From positions 54,684,001 through 54,748,000 of the forward strand of contig OX597828.1 in the NCBI GenBank assembly GCA_951406725.2: 64,000 bases of DNA. Direction: 5' to 3'. The notes under the pieces are model-generated. The model was not told the origin of the DNA, did no database searches, and saw nothing but the letters and a program-made list of their open reading frames with translations. Source of the DNA: Octopus vulgaris. Taxonomy: Eukaryota. Position numbers and translations under genes: made by a program. Of this stretch, positions 42,095-56,400 are shown in pieces (the stretch's first letter is position 1; each line of letters starts with the position of its first letter).

Positions 42095-42310
42095 ATAGGT
42101 GAACTGGCAGAATGGTTAGCACGCCGAGCAAAATGCTTGGCGGCATTTCGTTCGTCTTTATGTGCTGAGTTCTAATTCCACCGAGGTCGACATTAGGCTT
42201 CATTCTATCGGATGTCGACAAATTAAGTATCAGTTGAACACTAGGGTCGATGTGATCGTCTTCTCCCCTACCTCGAAATTACTGGCCTTGTGCCAAAATT
42301 TGAAGCCATT
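42095..42310 (+). mobile_element. SINE family A (diverged)
   Basis: Consensus motifs with a ggccttgtgccaaaatttgaa tail. Confidence 0.8.
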
Positions 42311-43810
42311 ATTCTTTTAGTTGTTTCAGTCATTTGACAGCGTCCATGCTGGAGCACCGCCTTTTAGTCGAACATGCCATTAAGTCAGCTACTCTCGATA
42401 GCTATGATGCAAAAGTATCACAAGTGGTCAAGGACAACCTTAAAACTGCAAAAACACCTGAATGCAATATACAAGTGGGCCGAATGAAAGAACCTGAAGA
42501 GTTCCAAGCACTTTACTATCGACCCACAAGCAGAATACAATATATGTGTGTGTAAGTTTGTGTGTGTGTATGTGTGTGTGTGCGTGTGTGTGCATACATG
42601 TATGTATGTAACATCGAGATCATCATTATCATTTTTACATTCGCTTTTCATAGTGGCATGGTTGGACCGGTGGCCGCAGTCTGAGTCATCGCCCGGTAGG
42701 AGCTTATTGCCAACCATTTTACAAAGTTTACCGGTTGCGTTTTGTGGTACCAGCATTACCAAGATTGTGTGTGTATGTGTGTTTGTACGCGCGTGCGTGT
42801 GTGTATGAGTTGTGTGTGCATAAGTATGTGTGTGTGTGTATGAGCAACAATAGCGTAGGTGAAGAGGGGCGGGGGAGCAGTCCATCTTGTACGACGCTTT
42901 TAAGGAGGCGGCACATCTGGGTTTGCTGCATAAGTCTGTGTAGAGTGCTAGGAGCCCCGCTATGGAGGAAAGATAAAGGGCTACCCCGGGCGGCACATAC
43001 TCCATTTTAAAGAGCTAGACAAGTACTGTGTTCGATCTAATCGAATGAAGTCCTTCAATCAAGATTGCTGGTGATGTACTTATATTAAATACAAAAATTT
43101 GAATTAAATAGAAAAAAATTACTGTTCCCTGAATAACATAGGCAAATCAACCATTCAGTCCCCTATTTTCGAGTAATAAAAGTGAAACACCTGCAAGGAT
43201 TTGATCTTAGAGACTATCGGTTAATAATCCATTAGTTGTTCAGCTGGTCATTTCACCACCATACTACATACGTGATTTTACAGGTAGATAGATTGGTGAA
43301 TATATTATAGGTTGATATGTTGAAAAGACAGGCAGAAAGAAAGATAGGTTGATATATTGATAGTTGAGTTGTCAATAGTTTTCTCTCTCGCTGTTAAAAT
43401 TAAAAAGAAAAAAACCCCAGCCATGATGCGTTCGTAACTGTACAACAGAGATTTTAATACGTTTTCAGAAATTCAGTGCAGTAAAAGTGAGGTTTTAATA
43501 TACTAGTAATTGGTTTTAATATTAGTTTATCTAACTGTTTTCTACCTGGGTATATTTTTAGCTCTTAGCTTGGTTATGGAAATAATAGCGTTGTAATAGC
43601 GCCATTTTCCACTGTTGTGCATTTTCTCAGTTTCACATACAGATATGAACATGAAGATGAATATTGATTTATCTCTTGAGGATGTGGATGTATATACATA
43701 TGTACACAAATACACACACACACATTCACTCACATACACTCATTCACACACACACACATATACATACATACATACACATATATGCATACATAGTGAAAGA
43801 GAGGGAGAGA

Positions 43811-43888
<78 letters not shown>

Positions 43889-44167
43889 TTTTTATAGTTC
43901 AGTTTTAAACTATTATATTTCTGATATCTCCAGACAAGAACTTAATAGAAAGAAGGAAAGAAAAAAGAAAAGGAAGAAGGAAGGACGGAAGGAAGGAAGA
44001 AGGAAGGAGGAAGGAAGAAAGAAAGAAAGGAAGGAAGGAAGGGGAAGAAAAAAACATGCATATTTTCGTCTGGAAACACTTAGAAAGCGATCATTGGCAC
44101 TTCCGCTTCAAGAAATCCATGGATAACATTGATAAGAGCTAACTAAACGACCTCTGAACAATCTGAA

Positions 44168-44168
44168 A

Positions 44169-44245
<77 letters not shown>

Positions 44246-44257
44246 CTGCTGCTGTTG

Positions 44258-44351
<94 letters not shown>
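44168..44351. repeat. Duplicated (CTA)n-(CTG)n trinucleotide block
   Basis: Seen directly. Confidence 0.95.
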
Positions 44352-45764
44352 ACCCAACATACCTGTATCTCTTGAACTTTTATTTCTTGTACTAACACAT
44401 ACATACATACACAATAAAGGGGAGAAAATGTGGTAAATAAACAAACAACGTGTACTGTGTGTACAACCAGACGGGAAACAAACACAGAATGTCCCCTGAT
44501 TCTTCATCAGTTATCAACCAATTGGTAACACTCAGTCTTGCACCACATACATACAGGTCGGTAGGTAGATGTATGTGGGTATAATATGTACTCTTTTACT
44601 CTTATGGTTGTTTCGTTCATTGGACTGCGACCATCATGGAGCATTGAAGGATATCGTAGACCCCTGTACATCATTTAAGTCTGGTACATAGACCTCGCTT
44701 TACTAAATTGTAAGATTACTGGGGACGTTTATAAACCAAGCGAGCTAAGCACAAGTACACACACACACTCACACACACACACACACACACATGCACGCGC
44801 TCTTATTCAGTCTTACACGTACACACACGCACATAGACTCACTTTCTCAATCTCTCTCTTTCTCTCTCTCACTCTCACACGCACACTCACTCACACACAC
44901 ACACACAAACACACATGCACGCACACACACACACACACGCACACACACGCACACACACTTATACACACACATATTTCTTGCAAGTGAAATGACCTCTGTG
45001 ACTTCCCCGCCGAGAACGCTGAACATTGAAAACTCTCAGTTATGAACCCCAGCGGACTTGAAACCAGAAAATTGTCTCGACTTTTGTGTTGTTGGAGACA
45101 GTTGCTGCAGCTACAGCTGTTGCTACCACTGCTGCTGCTGCTGCTGCCATTAATGCTGCTGCTAACGCTGCTACTGCTGCTGTTTTACTCCCAGGTGAGT
45201 TCTGATTCATCAGATGCTCAAAGACACTTGAACCGTAATCATCTCTTTACAGAGGTATGTCTAAGTACATTAAGATGCCTTGTTCATTCCTCCCAAAACG
45301 GGATATGGTCTAAGGGAAATTTGGCTGCTACTTTTAACAAGTCAACCGACCGCATAAAAGCCGGCACTCGTTCACATTTATCTTGATGGTGATAACAGCA
45401 TATGTCGTTGTGGTGGTGTCTACATGTTGTAGTAGTAGTGGTAGTTGTAAATGCAACACTGAAATTTAACGCTTGGTTACTTTCAAATGTCCGCTTTCAT
45501 TTTCTCTTTTTTTTTATTTATCTTCCTTTGCGGTGAGGACGGAAGCATCTATTTATCTTTTTTCTTTTATTTTACTGTTTGAATCCTACCTCTGAGCCAT
45601 ACCCCGAATAGCCCAGATATTTGTCGCTTATAGCGCATATCTTGGTATCCTTAACATCCGCTATGAGGCTGCATTCCGGAAATATTCACAGATCAGCAAA
45701 CGCGCATCGTTTGTCTTAATGACAACACAATCATGTTCTCAGCGGTCTTTCTGTGCATTATTTA

Positions 45765-45880
<116 letters not shown>

Positions 45881-46011
45881 ATATATATATATACAGACAC
45901 ACATACTCAACAAAATTACTTAAATTACTTTCTCTGCTTTTTCTCTTTCACGCACACATTTACATGCTCACTCACATCCATACACCCTCACACACATACA
46001 CACACAACAGC

Positions 46012-46094
<83 letters not shown>

Positions 46095-46095
<1 letters not shown>

Positions 46096-46732
46096 TAGCA
46101 GTATCGCCCGGCGTTGCTCGGGTTTGTAAGGGAAATAACTATATAAGCATTTTTAGAGAGTTATAGCCAAAAAATAGCAAAAAATGCATTAAAAATGGAA
46201 AAAATATGATGGTAAATTTTTTTAAAAAATCGTTGACTCATCGTAGACATTTTCAGAGAGTTACTTCCCTTATATAATAGCGAAAAAATGCATTAAAATG
46301 GAAAAAAAACGATGGTAATTTTTTTTTTAAATCGTAGACTCATGTAGACGCTTTCTTAGCCATTTCTGTTTTGGTGTCTTCAAGCCATGAAGTCGTTGTT
46401 CTAAAAGAACACTGGTCTCCTTGACAACGCATTACGACGTTGATTTCCTTACACTCCCTTCCCCACAGGAGCAGGTGTGAGCGTGGACGCCAACTCCGCC
46501 GCCATCGACACACGAAAAATTATGCATTAAAATGGAATAAAAAATGATGTTAAATTATTTTTAAAATCGTAGACTTGTCGTAGACGCGCGCTAATATTCA
46601 GACGGGCTCGATATGAATCACGACTATAAGCTACCCGAATTTGGTTAAACTGCACCGCAAAATGTGGGAGTAGTTAGGAATCTAAATCGAAGGGGACAGA
46701 CACTCACACAACTACAGTTTTATATATATAGA
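46095..46732 (-). mobile_element. Non-autonomous Helitron
   Basis: On the minus strand it starts TC and ends in a hairpin plus CTAG; internal ~100-bp tandem repeats (aaaatgcattaaaatggaa..cgtagact). Confidence 0.85.
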
Positions 46733-46739
46733 TATACAT

Positions 46740-47130
46740 AGCGCAGTAGTGGTGAGATGTGACAGCAAAGAAAAGCATACATTCACTCTCTGCATGCAAT
46801 TAGACTCGGAAAGTTTGTGAGGAACCCATTGACCCAATTTGTTGACTTTTCCGATAGCACACAGGTCTCAATCAATGGTTGAATGACCAAATCCAAGCTT
46901 CTCTGCTAGTTCCTCAACAGTTACGATGAGATTTTGTTCCACCAGGGTTTTCAGGATGTCCTTGTCGAGTTCTACAGATCTTTCAGGATGAGGCTCGTCT
47001 TCTAGGCTGTAGTTTATGGCTCGGGATTTCTGGAACCACCATTGACACTGCCTTACGCTTATTGTCCAATCCCCATATACTGCATTAATATTTCTTGTAC
47101 TTTGCACACATTTATATTCTGTTATTCTTT
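46740..47130 (-). mobile_element. mariner (DD34D-type) transposase N-terminal fossil
   Basis: RNINAVYGD..CQWWFQK..SLEDEP..ELAEKLG..IGKVNKLGQWVPHKL (the WVPHEL motif). Confidence 0.85.
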
Positions 47131-47976
47131 TATATGTTTCAGCCTTGAGGTTGTGGCCATGCTGGATCATGTGTGTGTGTGTGTGTGTGTGTGTGTCTAT
47201 CTGTCTGTCTGTCTGTATGTATATATGTATATGTATGTGTGTGAACAATAATATTTTCAACAGATGTGTTGCAAATGTATCTGATTGTTCTCAAGCTTCA
47301 ATACTGTGTGTGTGTATGTGTGTGTGTATGTATGTATGTATGTATGTATGTATGTATGTATATGTATGTATGTATATGTATGTATGTATGTGTGTATGTA
47401 TGTATGTGTGTGTGTATGTGTGTGTGTGTGTGTATGTATGTATGCATGTATGTATGTATGTATGTATGTATGTATGAGTGTATGTTTACTTTATTACTAA
47501 CACAAGCCACTACGGTTATTACTAACACAAGCCACTACGGTAAATTCTTCCTCAAATCACTCTCTCTCTCGCTATTTACTCTCTTCCAAGAACATTTTCA
47601 CTCACTCTTAGCTCTTAGCTTCCCATACATTTTACTCATGTATCTATCAGCGTCATAGACAGAATACTTTCAGTTTAGCCTTCCTCAAATCACTCTGTCG
47701 CTATTTACTTTCATTTTATTCGTTGCCCACTGTGTGTGTGCGTTTGCGTGTGGTGTAAACCAGACTAAGAAAAGCATTTGACACACACACCAGAATGTGA
47801 GTTTTCTGTAAATTTTGCTTAATTGGAGTTTAAATTTTAAAAACTGGACCCGGCATGACGCGATGCATTGTACTCTAAAAAATGCTAGGTAAATTGTAAT
47901 TGAAGAAATCCTATATTGTAGATTTCTATAACTCCCAAAGGGAAGCAGATAAAATCTGCCTTTTATAATAAGAGAT

Positions 47977-48033
<57 letters not shown>

Positions 48034-48072
48034 GAGATAGATAGATAAAGAGATAGCTAGATAGATAGATAT

Positions 48073-48144
<72 letters not shown>

Positions 48145-48419
48145 AGGTAGTGAGAGAGGTGGGGGTGAAGAAGAAATACAATTATGGTGCTTTAAACTGA
48201 TATCGTCCGCATGAAACATGTTCCAGAACAGATAAGACTCCAAGCTAATGATAAATACTGAAATTACCTTCAAAATAAGAAAAAGGTGAGTTGATTCCTC
48301 TGCACATGCAAAAAAATATGCATTAATAAAAAACGTTACAAAGAAACAAAATCGCGAGGGGTTAGAGTTAAGGCTTAAAGATTAAAGTTAGGGGTTTAAG
48401 ATTAGAGTTTAAGGATTAA

Positions 48420-48540
48420 AGCAGTGTTTCTCAAACATTGTTTACCTATCGAGCCCTTTCATTCTTATTTTATTCTGCTGGATCTCATTAATCATGGGAT
48501 GTTTAAAAAAAGTCCCATTATATTTTTATGATTAAATATT
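48420..48540. mobile_element. Truncated hAT MITE end (family of 50710-51058)
   Basis: cagtgtttctcaaac..ttattctg.tggatc.cat..ccat..gatgtttaaaaa. Confidence 0.6.
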
Positions 48541-48700
48541 CTTCTATTTGTTTCAGTCATTTGACTGCAGCCATGTTGGGGCACCGCCTTTAGTCTAACA
48601 AATCGACTCCAGGACTTATTTTTTTGCTGAACCGCTAGATTACGGGGACGTAAACATACCAGCAACGGTTTTCAAGCGATGGTGTGGGGGACAGGCACAG

Positions 48701-48710
<10 letters not shown>
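48540..48710 (-). mobile_element. SINE family B 3' half
   Basis: tgtttcagtcatttgactgc..ttacggggacgtaaaca. Confidence 0.8.
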
Positions 48711-48758
<48 letters not shown>

Positions 48759-49004
48759 CGTCTGTCTTTACGATCTGAGTTCAAATTCTGTTGGAGCCGA
48801 CTTTGCCTTTCATCTATTTCAGGGAGCGATAAAATAATTACCAGTTGAGCGCTGGCAGGCAGGCAAACAGACAGACAGGCCGGCATTTAGATGGGTCAAT
48901 AAATTAAGTACCAGTAAAATACTGGGGTCGATGTAATTGACTAGTCCCCTCCCCACAAAATTTCAGGCCTTATACCTTCAGTGAAAATAATAATTATTAT
49001 TATC

Positions 49005-49072
<68 letters not shown>

Positions 49073-49086
49073 CATTATTATTATTA

Positions 49087-49168
<82 letters not shown>

Positions 49169-49195
49169 CATTGTTATTATTATTATTATTATTAC

Positions 49196-49226
<31 letters not shown>

Positions 49227-49228
<2 letters not shown>

Positions 49229-49443
49229 AGGCGGCAGTCTGGCAGAATCGTTAGCACGTCAGGCAAAATACTTAGTGGCATTTCGTCTGTCTTTAAGATC
49301 TGAGTTCAAATTCCGCCGAGGTCGACTTTGCCTTTCATCCTTCCGGGGTCGATAAATTAAGTACCAATTGAGTACTTGGATCGATGTAATCGACTTAGCC
49401 CTTCCCACAAAGCTGCTGGCCTTGTGCCAAAATTTGAAACCAA
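49227..49443 (+). mobile_element. SINE family A
   Basis: Consensus motifs. Confidence 0.87.
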
Positions 49444-50006
49444 AGAACAATTACAGTTTAATGTTCCCCAGTCTCAGGATTTTGTTTCCTCATAACTGTT
49501 TTTTTTTTTAATAATGCATATTTTTGTACGCGTTAAGGAATCCTCCAACTTTTTTTCCGTCTTGAACATTGCTCCGGAGTTGAAATCCCGACTTGCACTA
49601 AATTCCATTTCCAGAATAAATATCTAAATTGAAAAGAAGCGAAAATAGGAAGTGTGACTTACACGATAAGCAATAAATTGCGTTCCTGGGAATTCTTTAA
49701 CATTAAGTATAACATACAATATATATTATCCAGCCATCGACTTGTATGCTAATGGTCAGAAAAATCAATCGGTAACATAACTGTTAATGCAAGTACAGGA
49801 AAAACGATCTCGCATAAATGCGTGTGGCTTAGATTCATGTTGGGAAAAAACATTCTGCTGTCTGTCGTTAGAACACAGCTATCTATAGCTGTTTGTTCCA
49901 TAAGTAATCCTATGTGTGTGTGTGTGTGTGCGTGTGTGTGTGTGAATATGTATATGTACATATGTATATACATACATGCATACATATGTGTCTATATATA
50001 TATATA

Positions 50007-50380
50007 GTTAATCCAAACATGAAGAAAGAGAAAACACAACAACGCGAGGACGTGGAACAAGTATAGTGTTATTGAACGCTCAGGAAAGGAAAGAAAGAAG
50101 GAGGATTTAACGTTTCGAGCGGTGCTCTTCGTCAGAAACATAGAAAAAGGAAAGGTCCAAGGAAGGGAAGACGGAGAAAGAAAATCGCCAACGATACTCA
50201 CGCGATCACATATTGAAAGACAAGTCATAAATAATGGTCATCATATATTTTTCTTTACTGTAGTAAATTTGACTTACAGCTGTTTCCAGTTTTCATTATA
50301 GGTTTACTCAATCGGCCCCTTGATCGTTTGAGAAAAACTGAACGATCTAGAAATGTAATGCTGCTTTCGTCAGTCATTTC
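50007..50380 (-). mobile_element. Hammerhead-bearing element plus an adjacent long-stem hammerhead-like motif
   Basis: 50105-50139 reads gttt-CTGACGA-agagcaccgctc-GAAAC-GTT-aaat; 50270-50376 reads CTGACGA..GAAAC-agct-GTA. Confidence 0.65.
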
Positions 50381-50709
50381 TGGTTATAACAAAATCGAAC
50401 ACCGAAGGAATGGTACGGACATGAGGATGGGGGGGGGGGAGAGACAATAATAATAAGTGTAATTGAATAAGGTGATTAACTGAAAGAGAGATAAGGAGGA
50501 AAGGGGGAAAGTAGTCAAGATTTGGAAAGGAAGGACTAAATTGAAGAGAAAGAAAGGAAGAGAAGAAGGAAAAGAGAGAATAGAGATGGGAAGGTTTTCA
50601 ATAGAGAAGGGGTCAGAGAATGACTGAAACTGAGGAAGGGATATTCATAAAAAAAACATTAGTGCTTGTAACTGGGTCATCACACACGAAAACATTTACA
50701 CTTCTACAG

Positions 50710-51058
50710 AAGGGGTTCTCAGCCATTTTTTTCATCTATGGACCCCTTTGATTATTAATTTATTCTGGTGGATCCCCATAGCCATTCGATGTTTAAAAAC
50801 CAGCTTTATAGAAACTTCTTTCAAAATTCCTATTTTGTTTTTCATACGTTAACTTGTGTCGCGCTGAACTATGTAAAATTTTAGAGAAAGAACCCTAGCT
50901 GTTTCTTGAAATACCTACCAATACATAGAGCTAAAGCAAATTTTTTTTCAGGGGCCCTTAAAATACTATTGTAAACAATTTACTATTTTGTTGCGTGAAC
51001 TGCCAAAAATCTTAAACGGGCCCTCAGGGGCCATGTGGACCGTGGTTGAGAACCCTTG
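50710..51058. mobile_element. hAT (Charlie-like) MITE
   Basis: TIR aggggttctcagcc..ggttgagaacccttg; imperfect 8-bp TSD ttctacag/gtctacaa. Confidence 0.78.
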
Positions 51059-51734
51059 GTCTACAAGTTAAATACTATCCAAATATTGTGTTGAAATTTT
51101 ATATTAGGCCACTAACACACGTGGTCAATTTAAGTCGTTAATATTTGGTCATTTATGCTACCCCTCAACAACCACATTTGTCCACCCAAATTGTCACTTC
51201 CTGAATCATTTTCACCAGTTTGATTGTTACAGTATGGTCCATTAGTTTTTGTACATTTCTCTCACATAGTGAGGGAAATTGTATTCGAAAATCGAATGAA
51301 AAATCAACAGAAACTATATTATGATGGGAAGTTTGAGAAAGCTTCGCTAAGTTTGAATATTGGATTGAGATAAAGGGAGAAATGCGAAATTAAAACCAAA
51401 ATAAAGTGAAATCAAATAAAATTATTTTCAAATCCAAATAAAACTTAAGGCCAAACATAATTTTAAATTAAATTAAATTAAAAAGGATTAAAAAGAATAA
51501 AAACATTAAAACATTAAGGATTAGAATTAAAATTAAAGAATTAACAAATTAAAATTTAAGCAAATTAAAAAATTACAAAAATTTAAAGTTTAAATATTTT
51601 TTAAATATAAAAATATATAAAAATAAAACCTAATAATAATAAGGCAAATAAAATAAATAAATAATGATAAATTAAAAAAAAACATTTTAATAAAAAAATT
51701 GGAGAATTTAAAGAACATTTTAAAATTTTGTATA

Positions 51735-52165
51735 TATATATGATGGCCGTCGAATCGTGACCGGGGAAAACCATTACTGACTTTTAGGAATATTTTGCGA
51801 TCAGGACTGCCTTATTGCTTACACTAGCGGCTCTGTTGGTGACTAACATACACGACTGTAAATATTGCTCTTGACAAACATACACGACTGTAAATATTGC
51901 CGACCAAGCTTTCCCCTTTCATTACACTAGCAGTGTGATTTCGAGCAGCTCGTTTAAATTCTTCATGAAGAATACATGTTCTTTCAAAGGCATCGATTCC
52001 TTCCTTTACTTGTTTCCTCCATCCGTAGCAATGGCAAGCATTGCTCTCCCAGTCATCCTCCCGCATTTCACAGACCTTTAATGAGGACTTTACACAGTCT
52101 TAAATCGCAATCTTTGCTTCAGGCAGGGTCGCTTTCCACTAATAATGCTTATAAATTCCACCTAA
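51735..52165 (-). mobile_element. RTE-clade LINE 3' end
   Basis: SGKRP..KQRLRFK..WESNA....WRKQVKEGIDAFE..KRAAR..RVCLSRA..SH resembles an RTE/BovB C-terminus. Confidence 0.72.
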
Positions 52166-52167
52166 GG

Positions 52168-52212
<45 letters not shown>

Positions 52213-52221
52213 TTTATTATG

Positions 52222-52437
52222 TAAGGCGGCAACTGGTACAATCGTTAGCTCGCCGAGCAAAATGCTTAAAGGTATTTCGCCCATCGCTACGTTCTGAGTT
52301 TAAATTCCTTTGGTGCTGACTTTGCGTTTCATCTTTTCGGGGTCGATAAATTAAGTACCAGTGAAATTCTGGGGTTGATGCAATCGTCTAGTCCCCTTCC
52401 CCCCAAAACGCCAGGCATTGTGCCTATAATAGAAAGA

Positions 52438-52440
<3 letters not shown>
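52222..52440 (+). mobile_element. SINE family A between (TTA)n tracts
   Basis: Consensus motifs. Confidence 0.82.
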
Positions 52441-52499
<59 letters not shown>

Positions 52500-53592
52500 C
52501 ATCATCATCATCATCATCATCATGTATATGTTTGTATGCATATATTTTATGTTTATATTGCGCATAAGCGACGAGAAAACTCAAAAATGGTTTTGAAATT
52601 CCAAACAAATTTCTTTGTGAAATTTGTTTTACAGCTAGTTACAGAGATGCTCCCCTCCCTAATTCGTCGCTGAATCAGAAATGCAGTGAAGCCCTAACTG
52701 GCTCTTTCAATACCTGGAACTATCAACACGATAGTTTACCTGTTACTATATTTATATACGTCATGGCTTTATGACTAAGGTCAACATCTACTTTTCCTTG
52801 CCCCTACACTGTCCTCCATATTGCTACATCAATTTTTCAAAAATGAAAAAAAGGAAAAAAAAATATATGCATCATTAATATAACGTTTTCCTCGGAGTTT
52901 TTCTGTCAGTTTTAATGTTTTTCCAATTTTAAATACAAGTTTTATCAAGAGGCTTTTATAATAAACGTCTAAATTTCTATTTTCTCTTAACTGACATTTT
53001 TTTTCATCAATGTCAGATGCAATCAGAAAATGATGATATTGTTTATTATATTTTAGCCCTCGGACTACACTGAGAATGGTATGGTTGTTGTCGTTGTTGT
53101 TTATGTTCGGGTCGAGCTGTGATCAAAGACGTTCAAGCCATGACCATTCGTCTCTTTCTATGCACAATACATCTAGGATTACATTAGTCAATGTGCCTTG
53201 ACTCTTTTATTAAAACGGTAAGAAAACGGTATGGTTAGCGTGAAGGAAAGATTTAGTATCTATTTCTAGCAGGTTAGAATACCGTTGGACTGAAATATAC
53301 ACGACTGTTACGAGAGCTGGGGGGTGGGGGGTTCAGTGATGAATCTACTTCGAAATAAATCATTCGTGAAATACGAAATGCAGTTTCTCTTATTGTTGTT
53401 GATCTTGTTGTTGTTGCTGCTGTTGCTGTTGAGCGAGCGGTCTTCGTCCCAGAGCTTGCAAGATGAGAGAAGTCCGAAACGTGGTCCTTTTGCAATTCGT
53501 AAGACCCGCAGAAGAGAAAGCAGGTCAACCCCCGACACCGAGAGCATCGACGGATGGATGAATGCGCATCCAGGCTCAGCGGTTGCGTAGGA

Positions 53593-53742
53593 AGTGCGTA
53601 ACTGGTACTTATTTAATCGACCCCGAAAGGATGAAAGGCAAAGTCGACCTCGGCGGAATTTGAACTCAGAACGTAACGGCAGACGAAATACCGATAAGCA
53701 TTTTCTCCGGCGTGCCAATGATCTTGCCAGCTCACCGCCTTA
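53593..53742 (-). mobile_element. SINE family A (head and core)
   Basis: Consensus motifs. Confidence 0.85.
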
Positions 53743-53769
53743 ATGATGATGATAATAATAATATTAAGT

Positions 53770-53855
53770 AGAAGAAGAAGAAGAAGAAGAAGAAGAAGAA
53801 GAAGAAGAAGAAGAAGAAGAAGAAGAAGAAGAAGAAGAAGAAGAAGAAGAAGAAG
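53770..53855. repeat. (AGA)n microsatellite
   Basis: Seen directly. Confidence 0.97.
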
Positions 53856-54585
53856 CATAATGATGAGGAAGAGGATTTCTTTTATACCATGTAATCGACG
53901 AATGACGACATTGCATAAACGGATTGCCAAACAATGGTGAAGGCGATGGGGTGGGGGTGGGCTTTAGGTGCTGTTTTGAGCATAAAAATAATCAACAATT
54001 CTTTGTAGAAGGACCAAAAAATGTTGTTTATGAGTAAAGGATGCAAAATATTGGTTTTAATCCATTTTCCAGAATTCCATACAATCGTTTCCTTGTATTT
54101 AAAGGCAAGACTTTCAAGAAATAAAAGAACTTTCCCTAAAAGAAGGAAATTTGATATCTTAACAGAGATTTGCAAACGTTTCTTCAAATAATTTTCATAT
54201 TTTTACTGAGAAATATAAAGGATGTCGAGAGATGGATATATATTAGAGTATATATGCAATGTATATAAAGCAAAAAGAGATGAATGTATATACGTAAATG
54301 TATATATGTAATGTATATAAAGCAAATAGGAGAAATAAATGTATGTGAGTAAATGTATAAAAGAAATATGTTGTTAAGTAAATGCGTAGGAAAAATTTAT
54401 ATAAATGGGGGAGCTGAATGGAAAGAAGCAACAGTTAGAATAACATCAATCGCCATTACGATATAGGAATGTATTGTGTGTATATATGTATGAATGTATG
54501 CCTGTGTATGAATGTACACGCACATATACATATACACGTAAAAGTGCAAATATATACATATGTATACATATATATGTATATATAC

Positions 54586-54656
<71 letters not shown>

Positions 54657-54887
54657 CATATACATTTATATATATATATGTATGTATGTAAGTATGTATG
54701 CGTGTATGTATGTATGTATTGTTTGAAATGGTCGTGACTTCTGGAACTTGACTGAGGAAAGAAAGCCACGAATGACTCGTTTTTTTGTCTTTTTTTGCCT
54801 GTCCTAATTGTTGTTTCCCTTGTCCATCTTTGTATCGTCTTTCTGTCCGAATGTTTTAATGTCCTCTATTGCGTTTTTGGTCCCTTT

Positions 54888-54952
<65 letters not shown>

Positions 54953-54991
54953 GGAGAAAGAGAGAGAGATTGATTGATTGATATACACACT

Positions 54992-55036
<45 letters not shown>

Positions 55037-55253
55037 ATACACATATATATATAATATGCACACGCACTCACACATAAATAGACAGACAGACAGAATGGAC
55101 AGAAAGGCAGACTGACAGAAAGACAGACAAGCAGACGGATAGGTAGATAGATAGATATGTACATACACTTATACATATGAATATAAAGAGAGAGAGAGAG
55201 GGTGGGGAGAGAGAGAGAAGTACACACACATACACACGCATGCACACACGCAT

Positions 55254-55299
<46 letters not shown>

Positions 55300-56068
55300 C
55301 ACACAACCATTTATTTCTTATTGCAGATCTAAGGATGTAATCATAAATACTGTTGTTAGAGAATGTCTGTTATCAGATTCCTCATCAGTTGTCTTGATGT
55401 CGTCATTAATTAAATCTGACTTAATTTCTGCTGAGGTGGCCAATACATTATGGTGGTGGTGGTGGTGGTGGTGGTGATAGTGATAGTGCAGTTGGTGCCA
55501 GAGTGTTGATGGTTAGCGGTAGGGACCGGGTATTCAGAGAGCTCTTAGACATTTCATTAACAGCAAGGCTGCTGGCCCAAAATATAACTGGGCCACCCAA
55601 TGCGAACAACATGGATGGTTTAAAATAAAGTTGCTATTGTGAAGCATATCAGGGTTTCTATGTCTATGTGGAGATGCGAGCGTATGAGCACACACACACA
55701 CACACACACACACACGCGCGCACACATTTGTGTGAGTATGTATATATGCATGCATGTATGTATTATGTATGTATATGTAAATTACATGTATAAGTATACA
55801 TGAAATTGTTCTGTTTAACCCCCCACCAGGTCATTTACGTATATATGTGTTGTTATGTATCTATATCTGTGTGTATAAATACACACACACATAAACAACT
55901 ATTTCTATACACATAAATGTGTGCGTGCGGATTTATATATAAACATATATATATGCATACATACGCATTTACACACACACACGCACACGCATATATGTAT
56001 ATATATATATATATATATACTTACTTGGAAATAGATGCGTGGCGTTCAGTCATATAATAATATAAATG

Positions 56069-56132
<64 letters not shown>

Positions 56133-56400
56133 TTATATGCATATATGCATACATATATGTACATACTTACATATATATGTATATACATATGCATATATGG
56201 GTACAGGACGTCATAGAACGTAGACAACGTGAAATACATTAATACAGAATACGAGCATTTTTTTACGAACAACGAAAGAAACAAATCGAAAACAAGACCA
56301 GCAACATAAAGAATATACTGTATATAGTTTGTCACGCAGATTGGGTGCGATTCGAGGGAGATTTGACTACTATTTCTACTGGTCAATCGACCATGTAGAA

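Noticed and set aside
48355-48420. Telomere-like ggttag run
   Set aside because: Too degenerate; more likely internal to a repeat element.
55320-55450. Possible exon after a ttgcag acceptor
   Set aside because: No recognisable protein and no convincing donor site or neighbouring exons.
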